Of a DNA stretch of 64,000 bases, positions 32,040 through 43,570 are shown piece after piece. The position numbers were made by a program, and so were the translations under genes. The stretch's first letter is position 1, and every line of letters begins with the position of its first letter. The notes beneath the pieces were generated by a model. That model was not told where the DNA came from, did not search any database, and was given only the letters and a program-made list of their open reading frames with translations. This DNA is from an uncultured Acidimicrobiia bacterium (GTDB taxonomy: Bacteria > Actinomycetota > Acidimicrobiia > Spongiisociales > ZC4RG35): contig CAWIXU010000004.1 of NCBI GenBank assembly GCA_963840175.1, forward strand, positions 9,288-73,287, written 5' to 3'.

Positions 32040-33326
32040 GCGAGCGCGTAGCCCGCTGGGGCATCGTGTTGGTCGTCGTTCGCCGCACTGCTTTTCGGCT
32101 TCTTGCTTCCCGGCCGGCCCGGCGCCGGTCGTCGATCCAGCTGACGATCCCCGGTGACCCGCCCCTATGTGACCTGTGCCGCGGCTCTGGCCGGGTCGGG
32201 ATTCGAATCGACGGTGGGTGTGGTGACCGACTCATCCGTCAGCGGGACGCTCAGCGGGGTGGGGGTCGACAGCCCGGGCGACGACTTCGAACTGAGGGCG
32301 ACGAAAGCTTTCGCTTCGAGGTTGGGAGCGTGGCCGAGCTCGGCGTCACCCCGATCCTGGTTGAACGATTCACCGGTGGCGACCTGGGCGCGGGCGTTCT
32401 AGGGCGAGCAGGTGCGCAGGCGTCGACCGCCGGGTGCCAGCCGGCCAGTTCCGCTCCGGTCGCTTTGCTGGGCATGGCCACAAACGAGGGCGAGCAATCG
32501 ACGGTCGTGCTCGCCAATCCCTTCGCGGTCGAGGCCAGCGGCCGGTTGGTGGGGTCGTCGGAGTTTGGACTGGACATGGTCACCGAGCTCGAGTCCGTGC
32601 GGGTCCCGGCGCATTCGACGCTCACCTTGCCGCTCGGCCAGCTGATGGCCGGGCGTCAGCAGCTCGGCTTCACGCTCTACACCGACGGCGGAGCGATCGT
32701 GGCTGGCATGACCCGCTCGGGCGCAGACATCGCGACCTCGGAGGCGATCGCCGGCGCCCAGCAGTGGTTCGTTCCGCTTCCCGCCTTCGGTGTCCACGGA
32801 CAACTGATCGTTCGCAACCTCGCTTCGGTCGAGGCGACCTATCGCATCGACGCATTGAATCACGAAGGCGTGATCGAGGGCGTTGACAATGGCGCCCTTC
32901 CCCCCGACACCGAGTTCTGGCTTCAACTTCGAGGACCTTGGGGACAAGCGGCGGCTATCTCGTCACTGCCGACGAGCCGGTCGCGGTCGCGCTCGCTTAC
33001 GCGGGCGAGAACACCCGCATCGTTTCGACTGCATCTCCGACTGCCGACCGTCGCCTGGTTGGTACCCGTGTCGAGCAACGCCCCCGATTCCGAGACCGCG
33101 GTCTGGATCCTCAATCCCGAGGAGGCTGCGGTGACGGCGGAGGTGGCCGTCTTCGGCGGTGCCACCACCGAGTTCGAGGTTTCGACCGGGAACGACCTTT
33201 GGCCAGATCGTCCGCTTCAATGGCCGCGGCGGAATGATCACCGCCACCGGCGAGGTTGCGGTCTTCCACGGAGTCCTGAGCGACGGCGGCGCCGCGTCGA
33301 TGACTCTGGCTCATCCGCTCGAATGA
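32036..33326 (+). CDS. Membrane-anchored/secreted protein of unknown function (DUF5719-like by position only), frameshifted
   Basis: ATG 32036 overlaps the preceding stop (ATGA). MSERVARWGIVLVVV anchor. Beta-rich body STVVLANPFAVEASGRLVGSS..VRVPAHSTLTLPLGQL..LIVRNLASVEATYRIDAL..AVWILNPEEAAVTAEVAVFGG. Family name is inferred from synteny, not from a motif. Confidence 0.3.
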
Positions 33327-33680
33327 GCGAGTTCACCCTTCGGCTGCTGGTCCTGGTGGCGCTCGCCGCGCTGGTTGCGGTGGCGGTGTTCTGGCAACGC
33401 CGGATGAAACGAGCGTCGCCCGTACTCCGGTTTTGCGTCCCGATCTCGGTGCCGGGATCCACTTCTTCGCCTCCGCTACCTGCCGACCGTGTCTCGACGC
33501 CCGCAAGGTGTTGACTCAGGCGTACGGCGAGCGGTTCAGTCGAGATCTCCTACGAAGACGATCCGACCCGTTTCGGCGAGCTCGGAATCTCGTCGGTCCC
33601 GACGGTCATGGTCCTTGACGGCGACGGCAACGGCCTCCTCTGGGAGGGCGTTCCCCGCGCCCTCCGATCTCCCCCGCTGA
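33323..33680 (+). CDS. TM-anchored thioredoxin-fold protein (CxxC = CRPC), frameshifted
   Basis: ATG 33323 overlaps the preceding stop (ATGA). MSEFTLRLLVLVALAALVAVAVFW anchor. IHFFASATCRPCLDARKVL, then ISYEDDPTRFGELGISSVPTVMVLDGDGNGLLWEG. Confidence 0.5.
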
Positions 33681-33731
33681 CCGTACGGTCGCTGGTGGAA
33701 AGGCCACAACGAATCCTCCAAGCGTTCTACC

Positions 33732-33959
33732 GTGCTCACGGTGTTCCCCAGCTGTCTCCGCTGTCCGTCACCGGCCTCGGCCGTGATGATGTACTCGTAT
33801 CCCGACCAGCACATGTGGGTCGAGGACCTCGCTGTCACCGACGTTCCTTCCTACGCCCTGTGCAGCGACCATTCCGCCCGTCTCAGCCCGCCGCGCGGTT
33901 GGACCTTGACCGATCGCCGGACCGTCGCCCGGCTCTTCGCCCCGCTCGAAGTGGCCTAG
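33732..33959 (+). CDS. DUF3499-family protein
   Basis: SCLRCPSPASAVMMYSYPDQHMWVEDLA..SYALCSDHSARLSPPRGWTLTDRR has the Cys/His pattern and RGW tail typical of DUF3499 (the Rv3258c-type position next to manB). Confidence 0.55.
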   Translation: MLTVFPSCLRCPSPASAVMMYSYPDQHMWVEDLAVTDVPSYALCSDHSARLSPPRGWTLTDRRTVARLFAPLEVA

Positions 33960-33965
33960 CCGGCC

Positions 33966-34236
33966 TTGGCGCTCGACCGCGACCTGCTTGACGCGGTACG
34001 CGACCTCGATGCACACGATCTGCGCCGGTTGCTGATCCTCACCCAGGCCCAGCTCGAGACGCGACGGGGTCTTCAACTCGGCCAAACGGCCCAAGATCAG
34101 AATGCGGAGCCAAATGGTCAAATGCGGCAAGGCCAGTTGCGCCGCCTGCCCCCATGGCCCCTATTGGTACGCCGTTTGGTGGGAAGACGGCGTCCGCCGA
34201 ACCCGTTACGTCGGGCGCCTGCTCCAAGACGAATAG
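33966..34236 (+). CDS. Small protein: helical N-terminus + CGKxxCxxCxxGPYWY zinc-binding-like C-terminus, one frame change
   Basis: MALDRDLLDAVRDLDAHDLRRLLILTQAQLETRRG.. (ORF 33966-). Then, in the frame of ATG 34102, MRSQMVKCGKASCAACPHGPYWYAVWWEDGVRRTRYVGRLLQDE*. Confidence 0.4.
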
Positions 34237-34322
34237 AACGGCCGCCCAAGCGCACCAATCCAGGCCGGTCGCGGCAGCGAAAACCAGGTAGAAATCCGTC
34301 GTCCGATAGAATCCCCGCCTTC

Positions 34323-34535
34323 ATGGACTGCCCCCAATGTGGCGTCGTCGACGTCATCGAGATCAAGCATCGCCTGCCCGACGGCAGCGAGGTCCAGTTC
34401 TTCTCATGCCACAAGTGCGAGGAGAAGTGGTGGGACCGCTCCGGCGACCAGATCAATCTGACCCAGGTGCTCGAGCTGGTTCGCAAGGTCCCGGTCCTGA
34501 CGCACCTGATGCCGGGGAATCTGCGATGCAGCTAG
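34323..34535 (+). CDS. Small zinc-ribbon protein (CxxC...CxxC)
   Basis: MDCPQCGVVDVIEIKHRLPDGSEVQFFSCHKCEEKWWDRSGDQINLTQVLELV; ATG 34323. Confidence 0.5.
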   Translation: MDCPQCGVVDVIEIKHRLPDGSEVQFFSCHKCEEKWWDRSGDQINLTQVLELVRKVPVLTHLMPGNLRCS

Positions 34536-36923
34536 CCGGACCACCCTCCGGTACAACGCGCCGTTTCATCCCCTTGATCGTGGGCGTGGGTTGCGCTCTT
34601 GGCGATCCTCGCGGTGCTCAACCCCCGGCTCCTCCTCGACGGCCACCACGCCGTCGGGAGGCGACATGGCTGCCCATGTGGCAGTCCCCGCCTATCTCCG
34701 CGATGTTCTGCTCCCGCAGGGCCGAATCCTCGGCTGGTCGCAGGATTGGTTCGCCGGCTATCCGGTCTTCTACTTCTACTTCCCGCTGCCTTCGCTCGTC
34801 ATCGTCCTGCTCGACGTCGTCCTGCCCTACGGCGTCGCCTTCAAAGTCGCCACGATCTCGGGCCTCCTCGCCACCCCGCCAGCCGACTTACTACCTGGCT
34901 CGCAGCCTGCGATTCGGAAGAGCCGGTGTCGACGGTGGCCGCGGCGGGCGGTGCCGCCTTCATCTTCATGGAGAGCTTCACGATCTACGGAGCCAATGTT
35001 CTCTCGACCATGGCGGGCGAGTTCTCGTTCTCGTGGTCGTTGGCCCTCTCGTCTCTTGTATCTCGCTTTTCTGATCCGCTCGATCCGCGACGACCCGAGG
35101 TACGTCCCCTGGCCGGACTCTTTCTGGCCGGCGCGGTCCTCTGCCACATCATCACGATCATCGCTTTCATGGCGGCGAGCCTCGACGGTGCTCCTCTGGA
35201 AAGGGGCCTGCGGCAGGCGCTCAAGGTGTGGGCCATCGGATTCGCCATCAGCCGGGTTCTGGGTGGTCCCGCTGCTTGCCCGTCTCGGGTTCAGCTCCGA
35301 CATGGCGTGGATACCGCTTCGCAGCTGGGATCAGCTGTTCCCGCTCGAGATCTGGCTCCTGCTGCCCGCGCGATCGGCGGAGCCATCTGGGCACTGCGGC
35401 GCACCAACCGCAGGCTTGCCGTTGATGGCGCTGACCCTGCTGCCCGATCATCTACTACCCGCTGCCAATCGTCCTCCCGGACCTGCTCCCCGGGATCTTC
35501 AACGCCCGCTGGAAGCTGTGGAACGGCCGCCTGCTCCCGTTCTGGTATTTCGGGGTCACGTTCTTTGCCGCGATCGGCATCGGCGGCGTTTGCGATGTGG
35601 CTGACGAAGCGCTTCCCCGACCGGGTCTCCGGATTGCTGCCGCGGATCCTGTTCCTCGCAGCCGGGACGGTGGCGGTGATCCTGCTCGCCCGGGAAGAGA
35701 ATGTTCCCAATCCGGTGGTTTGGGCGTGTGGCGATCTGATGCTCGGGGCCTTAGTTGCCTCGATGCTCTGGATGCGAGCCGGTCGATACCCGGTCGTTCC
35801 TGGCCCTGAGCGCAGCCGGGATCCTGGCCTTTGGCGCGCTGGCCGGGATCACGATCATGAACGGATGGGCTCGCTGGAACTACACCGGCTACGAAGGCAA
35901 AGCCAAATGGCCCGAGTACGAGGCGCTGATGACGACAGCGGCCACGACTGGAACCGGGGCGGATTCATTGGGAATACGACGAAGACGATGAACGACTTCG
36001 GCTCGCCGATGGCCCTGATGCTGTTTCCGTACTGGACTCAGGAGGCTTTCGGGTCGATGGAAGGGCTGTTCTTCGAATCGTCGCTCTCGACTCCATTCCA
36101 CTTCCTCAACCAGGCGGAGATGAGCAAGGACCCATCGAGCCCCGATTCCGGGCCTCGACTATCACCGGTTCGACTTCGAACGCGGGCATCCCCCATCTGC
36201 AGATCTTCGGGGTCGACTACTACGTGACCTTCACCCCCGAAGCCACAGGATCTGGCCGACAGCTGGCCGGAACTGACCGAGATCGCCAGCTCACCGGACC
36301 GTTCACCTTCTACGAAGTGGCCGACTCCGCCCTGGTCGAGGCTGCGACTTCCAACCCGCCGTTTACGAAGGCCCCCACAACAGCCTGCCCGGCCCGACTG
36401 GGAGGAGTCGTCGGGATCGGTCCCGGACGAACAGGCGCAACCTTCGAGGAGGTCTCACTCGAGTGGTACGGATGGATGGATCTCCTCGATCGATGGATCA
36501 CCACCGACGGCCCCGCGGATTGGCCGCGGATCACGATCGTCGACCAACTCGGAGCCGGTCTGCTCCGCTGCGGATAACCGAAGCGAAGATCACCGACGTC
36601 GTGATGACCGACGATCGGATCTCGTTCCGCACCGACGCGATCGGGGTGCCCCACCTGGTGAAGGTCTCCTACTTTCCCAACTGGCAGGCCACGGGCGCCG
36701 AAGGGCCCTTCCACGCCGGGCCTTCGCTCATGATCGTGGTTCCGACCAGTCGACGGTGACCCTGCAGTTTGGCAACACGGCCGTCGAGAACCTCGGCTGG
36801 ATTCTGACCATCGCCGGACTGGCCGCCGGCCGGGCTCTGCTGCTGGTCAGGAGCCGGGCGAGCCGCAAGCCGCTCGGACGCGGGCTACGCCGTAGCCGAC
36901 GTCCGGCGGTATCCGCCCGCTGA
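34526..36923 (+). CDS. ~800-aa polytopic membrane protein, putative GT-C-type glycosyltransferase (PTPS-related/YfhO-like), frameshifted
   Basis: GGDMAAHVAVPAYLRDVLLPQGRILGWSQDWFAGYPVFYFYFPLPSLVIVLLDV. Many TM fragments (ORFs 34591-35604, 34599-36227). Extracytoplasmic C-terminus: SLSTPFHFLNQAEMS.., VKVSYFPNWQATGAEGPFHAGPSLMIVVPT, final TM LGWILTIAGLAAG. 3' end uncertain. Confidence 0.45.
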
Positions 36924-37634
36924 GCGTCCACCACCAGCAGTCGGAGCGTGTCGCGGGCCATCTGCCAGAGCATGCCGCCCCGCACCGGCGCCTGCGGAAG
37001 CGCCCGGTCCCAACTCCACCGGCAGTCTCTTTGATTGAAACCCGCCCGCTGGGCCCGAACCAGCATCTCGAGGTCGTAGGCATATCCATCGATCCGCATC
37101 TGGGGAAGACCTGATCGAGGATCGATCGCCGGAAGATCTTGAGCCCGGTCTGGGTCTCGGGCACGGGCAGCCGAAACAGACCCACCGTCGCCAGCGAAAA
37201 CAGCCGGCTCAGCACTCGCCGGATGAACGGGTAGCGGCCCGTCGCCCATCGAGTCGCGCTTGGCACCGACCAGCACGTCGGCTCGCCCATGTCTTCGAGC
37301 AAGGCCGGCAGCTGCTCGGGCGGAAGGTCGAGATCGGCGTCGAGAAAGACGATCAGGTTCGCCGCGTGGCCCGGGCGCCCGTGAACAGCGCCTGGCCTTT
37401 GCCCCGGTTGACCTCGTGACGGAGGACCCGAACTCCCTCGGCATGTCGCGGTGGCCCGCAGCGCTTCGAGCAGCGTGTTGTCGCGTGCTGCCGTCGTCGA
37501 CCACGACGATCTCCACGGGCCCCATCGCCGACAGGACGGACGCGCACCCGCTCGATGTTGGCGGCGATCACCTGCGAACCCAGGTTGGCAGGCGGCAGGA
37601 CGACGGCGACATCGGACGAGAGGACTGTAGCCAT
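36847..37634 (-). CDS. GT2 glycosyltransferase of the polyprenyl-phosphate-sugar synthase type, frameshifted
   Basis: MATVLSSDVAVVLPPANLG.., VEIVVVDDGSTDNT, VRVLRHEVNRGKGQAL, NLIVFLDADLDLPPEQL, PETQTGLKIFRRSILD, DGYAYDLEMLVRAQRAGF. 3' end uncertain. Confidence 0.65.
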
Positions 37635-37728
37635 CGAACGGCGTGGAGTGTAAGCATCGGGTCGAAGCCATACAATCACCGGCGACCTCGACCTCAATCC
37701 GCCGAGCCGCCCTGCAAGGCGGCGCACG

Positions 37729-39069
37729 ATGAGCGGAGTTTTCAAGGCCTACGACATCCGAGGGCGAACCGACATCGGTGAGCTCACCCCGGAGCTGGCC
37801 ACGGCGGTCGGAGCCGCTTTTGCCGACCTCACCGGCGCCGAACCAGATCGCGGTCGGGCGGGATTGTCGAGCGTCGTCACCGGCGATGTCGGAGGCACTG
37901 ATCGATGGGATCACCGGCCAGGGGAGCCTCGGTCCTCGCTCTCGGCGAGGTCGCGACCGACTTCGTCTACTACGTCTCCGGCAGCCGGTCGGTCCCCGGG
38001 GTGATGATCACGGCGTCGCACAACCCGGCCGAATACAACGGGATCAAGCTTTGCCGGGAAGGAGCGGCCCCGGTGGGCGAGGACACCGGCCTCAAGGAGA
38101 TCGAGAGGATGGTGGCCGAACCGTCCATGGCCGAGCGACCGTGCGGGGGCATCGGTCGAGACCCTCGATGCCCGCGAGGGCTACGTCAACCATCTGCTCG
38201 CGATCGTCGACGAAGCGGCAATGTCGCGCTGCGAGGTGGCGGTCGACGGCGGGCAACGGCATGGCCGGGGCGGTGGTCGAGGCAGTCTTCGAGCGCATTC
38301 CTCCCACCATCATCGGGCTCTATCTCGAACCCGATGGGACCTTTCCCAATCATCCCGCCGATCCGCTGCAGCCCGAGAACCTGGTCGATGTCATCGCGCT
38401 GGTCAAGCGCGGAGAATGCCGATCTCGGGGTTGCCTTCGACGGCGACGCCGATCGGGCGGTCTTCATCGACGATCAGGGCGAGCCGCTCTCGGGAAGCAC
38501 CACCACGGCCCTGATCGCCCGGTGGTTCCTGGCCCGCCAGCCCGGGGCCACGATCGTCCACAACCTCATCACCTCACGGGCCGTGCCGGAGATCGTCGAG
38601 CTCGCTCGGCGGCAAACCGGTCCGAACCCGGGTCGGTCACTCCTTCATCAAGCAGGTGATGGCCGAGACCGGAGCCGTCTTCGGTGGCGAGCACTCCGGT
38701 CACTACTACTTCGCCGACAACTTCCGGGCCGACTCCGGGATGCTGGCGATGCTGGTGCTCCTCCAGGTCATCTCCGAGTCGGGGAGGAAGCTGTCGGAGA
38801 TCCGGAGCGAAGTCGAGCCGTACTGCCGCCTCGGGCGAGATCAACATTCAGCGTGGCCGATCAGAAGGCTGCCATGGATCGGGTCGAGGAGGAGTTCGCG
38901 GACGCCGAGCTCGACGATCTCGACGGGCTGACGGTCTCGTGGCCCGACCGCTGGTTCAATCTGCGGGCTTCGAACACCGAACCGTTGCTGCGCCTCAACG
39001 TCGAAGGCCCGGACCGACACAGTCGGTCGAAGAGCTGAGCGCGAAGGTCCAAGCCGTGATCGGAGGTGA
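37729..39069 (+). CDS. manB: Phosphomannomutase/phosphoglucomutase, frameshifted
   Basis: MSGVFKAYDIRG, GVMITASHNPAEYNGIKL (phosphoserine loop), GVAFDGDADR (Mg site), GGEHSGHYYF, WFNLRASNTEPLLRLNVEG. At least 5 frame changes; stop not cleanly resolved. Confidence 0.85.
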
Positions 39070-39073
39070 GCCG

Positions 39074-39283
39074 ATGCCGCTCATTGACCCCGTGCTTGCT
39101 GCGATCATGGTCTGCCCGTTCGATCACGGCGACCTCTTCGAGGACGAGGCCACGTCCCGGCTCGTCTGCGCGGTCTGCGGCCGTGCCTACCCGGTTGACG
39201 ACGGGATACCGATCATGCTCATCGAGGAGGCCGAGCTCCCGGGGGACGGCCCAGCAGAACGGGACGGTCCCGATGCCGGCTGA
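39074..39283 (+). CDS. Trm112-family zinc-ribbon protein
   Basis: MPLIDPVLAAIMVCPFDHGDLFEDEATSRLVCAVCGRAYPVDDGIPIMLIEEA, preceded by GGAGG. Confidence 0.8.
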   Translation: MPLIDPVLAAIMVCPFDHGDLFEDEATSRLVCAVCGRAYPVDDGIPIMLIEEAELPGDGPAERDGPDAG

Positions 39284-40273
39284 GGAAATGGAGAAGATGA
39301 TCGCCGGTCTTGGCGGACAGCTGCGTTGGGCTGCCGAGCCTGACGCACCGCGACCCGATCCCGGTCCCGGGCGGGTCTGATTGTGGCCGGGATGGGCGGC
39401 TCGGGCATCTCGGGCGATTTGGTCGCGGTGCTGGCGGCGGTGCCCGGTAACCGTCCACAAGAGCTACGGGTTGCCAGCTTGGGCGCGAACCGGCCCCCGG
39501 CTCGTGGTCGCGATGTCCTACACCGGCAACACCGAGGAAACGCTGAGCGCCGTCGAAGCGGCGACCGGCCTTGGGCTGACTCCCGGCGGTGGTCACGCTC
39601 GGGAGGGAAGCTCGGGGAGATGGCCGCGGCCAACGGATGGCCGATCGTCACGGTGCCCGGCGGGCTCCAGCCGCGGGCCGCCCTCGGCTACATGCTCGGG
39701 TCGTCTGCTGCACCTGGTCGAGGATGCGGTCGATCTCAAGCCCGGCGATCTGGCGGCGGCGGCCGACCTGGTCGATCGATCACCGAGCGGGCTCGGGCAC
39801 GACCTGGCAGCCGACCTCGCCGCCGGACTCCACGACCGGATCGCGATCGTCTACGGGATCGGCGGTCTCACCGCTCCGATCGCGCAGCGTTGGAAGACCC
39901 AGATCAACGAGAACGCCAAATGGCCCGCGTGGTGCAACGCGATGCCAGAGCTCGATCACAACGAGATCGTTTCCTGGACCTCGTTGTCGGCGGTGACGAG
40001 CCGCCACGTCGGGATCATCAGCCTCAGCGACGACTCCGAGAGCCCCGGATCGATGGACGCTCGATTCCGCCACACCTCCCGGCTCACCGAGCACGATGTG
40101 CCCTGGGTCGGCGAGGTGTGGTCGCAGGGGGTCAGCCGTCTGGAACGGATGGTGAGCCTCTGCGCCATGGGAGACTTGGTCTCCTCGAGCTGGCCCAGGC
40201 CGGAGGCATCGATCCGGTGCCGCGATACCCGAGCTCGAATCGCTCGAAACAGCTACTCGCCAAGGAGTCCTGA
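39273..40273 (+). CDS. SIS-domain bifunctional phosphoglucose/phosphomannose isomerase-like protein, frameshifted
   Basis: VAGMGGSGISGDLVA, VVAMSYTGNTEETLSAVEAA, GGLQPRAALGYMLG, IAQRWKTQINENAKWPAWCNAMPELDHNEIV, GDLVSLELAQAGGIDPVP. Confidence 0.75.
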
Positions 40274-40274
40274 A

Positions 40275-41526
<1,252 letters not shown>

Positions 41527-41551
41527 GCCGAGGCCGGAAGACCAGAAGACC

Positions 41552-42118
41552 GTTTCTGTCTCTCCCCCGGAGGGGGGAGTACCGAAGCGAAGCGGAGGGG
41601 AGGGGGGCGTTATCTCTTAACGACGACGCTCAACCCTCTTCTATCCGGCCCGAAAAGGAACTAGTCGTGAGTGGATGCCAAGACCTGGTCACACCAACCT
41701 CGCCGCGACGAGAGCACGCGACCTTCGAAAGGAAATGACCGTCTCTGAGGCCCGGGTGTGGCAGGTGCTGAAAGGCAGGCAATGCGGGGCCCGGTTTCGC
41801 CGCCAGGTCCCGATCGGTTGTTGGATCGTGGACTTCGCCAGCCTGCGGCCTCGTCTTGTGCTCGAAATTGATGACCAATCACATGACTGGCGCGACGAAA
41901 CGGAGCGCATCGAGTACATCGAGGCGAGGGGCTTTCCGATTCTGCGCCTGACCAATGAATACGTAGCGAAGGATCTAGGTGCTGTTCAGCGAACGATCAG
42001 CTACTGGGTCGCAGACCTCAAAGCAGGACGACGACCGGAATAGGTTTCGAGCTAGAGAAAACGCCCCCCTCGTCTGCCTCCTTCGTCGGCAGCCACTCCC
42101 CCCTCCGGGGGGAGAAAC
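41552..42118 (+). mobile_element. DUF559-nuclease cassette copy 2, bounded by ~60-bp imperfect terminal inverted repeats
   Basis: Left terminus 41552-41616 GTTTCTGTCTCTCCCCCGGAGGGGGGAGTACCGAAGCGAAGCGGAGGGGAGGGGGGCGTTATCTC. Right terminus 42055-42118 GAGAAAACGCCCCCCTCGTCTGCCTCCTTCGTCGGCAGCCACTCCCCCCTCCGGGGGGAGAAAC. Homology with copy 1 stops at these ends. Confidence 0.6.
41675..42043 (+). CDS. DUF559 (Vsr-like PD-(D/E)XK) endonuclease-domain protein, copy 2 (intact, 122 aa)
   Basis: ARDLRKEMTVSEARVWQVLKGRQCGARFRRQVPIGCWIVDFAS..LVLEIDDQSHDWRDETERIEYIEARGFPILRLTNEYV matches the DUF559 pattern (LR..T.aE..LW..LR....FRRQ.piG.yIvDF...viE.DG..H). Confidence 0.8.
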   Translation: MPRPGHTNLAATRARDLRKEMTVSEARVWQVLKGRQCGARFRRQVPIGCWIVDFASLRPRLVLEIDDQSHDWRDETERIEYIEARGFPILRLTNEYVAKDLGAVQRTISYWVADLKAGRRPE

Positions 42119-42170
42119 CGAATTGGGAGACGTGGCCACTCCCCTGCAGGGAGAGCCGAAGGAGAGACAA

Positions 42171-42404
42171 CTAGGCGGTCGACCAGCAGGGGTCGTATTC
42201 GCAGCCGAACTCGAACGGCGGAAGAGTTTGCGGGATCGCCAGCGCCAGCACAACCGTGATTATCGCGAGCACGAGAAAAGCGGTTAAGTCAGTTTTTCGC
42301 GAAGATTGATGGGTGAAGGCACTGAGGTCAGTGCAGACCTTGTACGAAACCAGGGTGATCGCGACCAGATAGAGAACCGTCACCGTGCCCTGCCCCGAGC
42401 CCAC
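42171..42404 (-). CDS. Small two-TM hypothetical protein downstream of P450 (visibly lower GC)
   Basis: 77-aa ORF starting 17 nt after the P450 stop. Two hydrophobic helices (TVTVLYLVAITLVSY, LTAFLVLAIITVVLALAI). No homology recognised. Confidence 0.3.
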   Translation of the reverse strand: MGSGQGTVTVLYLVAITLVSYKVCTDLSAFTHQSSRKTDLTAFLVLAIITVVLALAIPQTLPPFEFGCEYDPCWSTA

Positions 42405-42421
42405 ATGGGGCGATCATAGAA

Positions 42422-43570
42422 CTACGCCTCCCATACAGCGGGAACCGAACGCGGCTTGCGGAACACCAGACCGGTTGGTCCGTCGACTTCCTGGGCCAGG
42501 CGCAGTCCCGGCCAGTGGTCGAGGGCCGCGTCGAGAGCCGCCAGAGTTTCAAGCTTGGCGAGATGGATGCCAATGCACGCATGCGGACCTTCCGCGAACG
42601 CAAGATGAGTTCGAGCGTTGGCGCGATGAATGTCGAATCGGTCGGGATCGACAAAGACGGACGGATCGCGATTCGCGGCTGTCAAAGAAACGATCACCAA
42701 GTCACCCCGGTTGATCTCTGCCCCGGCCAGCTGCACATCTCTTGTCGCATACCGGTCGACGCGTCCTGCCGCTGGCTCCAACCGAAGCGATTCCTCCATC
42801 GCTTGACGGCCGAGCGACCGATCTTCGATGATCATTTGCAGCTGTTCGGGATGGGTGAGGACATGCCAGAAAAGGCTCGTTGTCATTCCCTCGCTGGTCT
42901 CGATGCCACCGAACATCATCACGGCGGCGTTCGAGACCACCTCTTGCTCACCCAGCTGCCCACTCACTTCGGTCAGAAGCCCGTGCTGGCGGGTAGCGCT
43001 TTCCCGAACTGCGCGCCCGAGATCGCCCATTGCCTCGTGGCCAGCTCCAGTGACGTCTTGACCGGCTGAGATTCGATCGACGTCAGCCACGATCCGCTCG
43101 TACCAGCTGAGAACCGTGTCGACGTCCTCATCGACCAGATCGAGGGCTGCAGTCACCACGGCCACTGCCAGAGGACCGGCCAGCTCACGACGAATTTCGG
43201 CTTGGCCGGTGTCCGCCAAACGTTCGGTAAGGCGGCGCGCCTCTTGATGTACTCGATCAACGAATCGCTCCTTGACTTTTGCATGGACCAGCGCTGCCGC
43301 GAAAGGATCTCGATGTCGACGATGCTCTTCCCCGTCGAGTGACAACATGCTCGGACCGACCACCTGGCCAGTCGAGAAACGAGGGTCATCAACCGTGTAG
43401 GTCTGTGCGTCGCGCATCACTTCAACACAGAGGTCACGCCGGGTCACTAACCACCCATCGAGGGCCGGAACCCAACTCACCGGCTCGTGAGCGCGCAACG
43501 CCGCCAGATGCGGATAGGGGTCACCAGCCAGCTGTTCAAGCGTGACGGCCGCGCCGAGCGGGAATGCCAT
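42422..43570 (-). CDS. Cytochrome P450 (intact)
   Basis: Heme-thiolate loop FAEGPHACIGIHLA, EXXR ESLRLEP, I-helix AVMMFGGIETSEG. Homology starts at MAFPLGAAV (ATG 43570; alternative ATG 43600). The 559-aa ORF extension upstream is rejected. Confidence 0.85.
   Translation of the reverse strand: MAFPLGAAVTLEQLAGDPYPHLAALRAHEPVSWVPALDGWLVTRRDLCVEVMRDAQTYTVDDPRFSTGQVVGPSMLSLDGEEHRRHRDPFAAALVHAKVKERFVDRVHQEARRLTERLADTGQAEIRRELAGPLAVAVVTAALDLVDEDVDTVLSWYERIVADVDRISAGQDVTGAGHEAMGDLGRAVRESATRQHGLLTEVSGQLGEQEVVSNAAVMMFGGIETSEGMTTSLFWHVLTHPEQLQMIIEDRSLGRQAMEESLRLEPAAGRVDRYATRDVQLAGAEINRGDLVIVSLTAANRDPSVFVDPDRFDIHRANARTHLAFAEGPHACIGIHLAKLETLAALDAALDHWPGLRLAQEVDGPTGLVFRKPRSVPAVWEA

Noticed and set aside
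39000-39283. Apparent in-frame fusion of manB to the Trm112-family ORF (no stop in frame between them)
   Set aside because: GGAGG and ATG 39074 mark an independent start, and a TGA exists in a neighbouring frame at 39067-69. Given the pervasive indels, the missing stop is most likely a frame artefact.
41975-42287. ORFs spanning the right terminal repeat of DUF559 cassette 2 (41975-42253 -, 41979-42287 +), and similar ORFs at cassette 1
   Set aside because: They are generated by the G/C-run repeat sequence, and their peptides (PPPGGET..) are repeat translations. There is no independent coding evidence.
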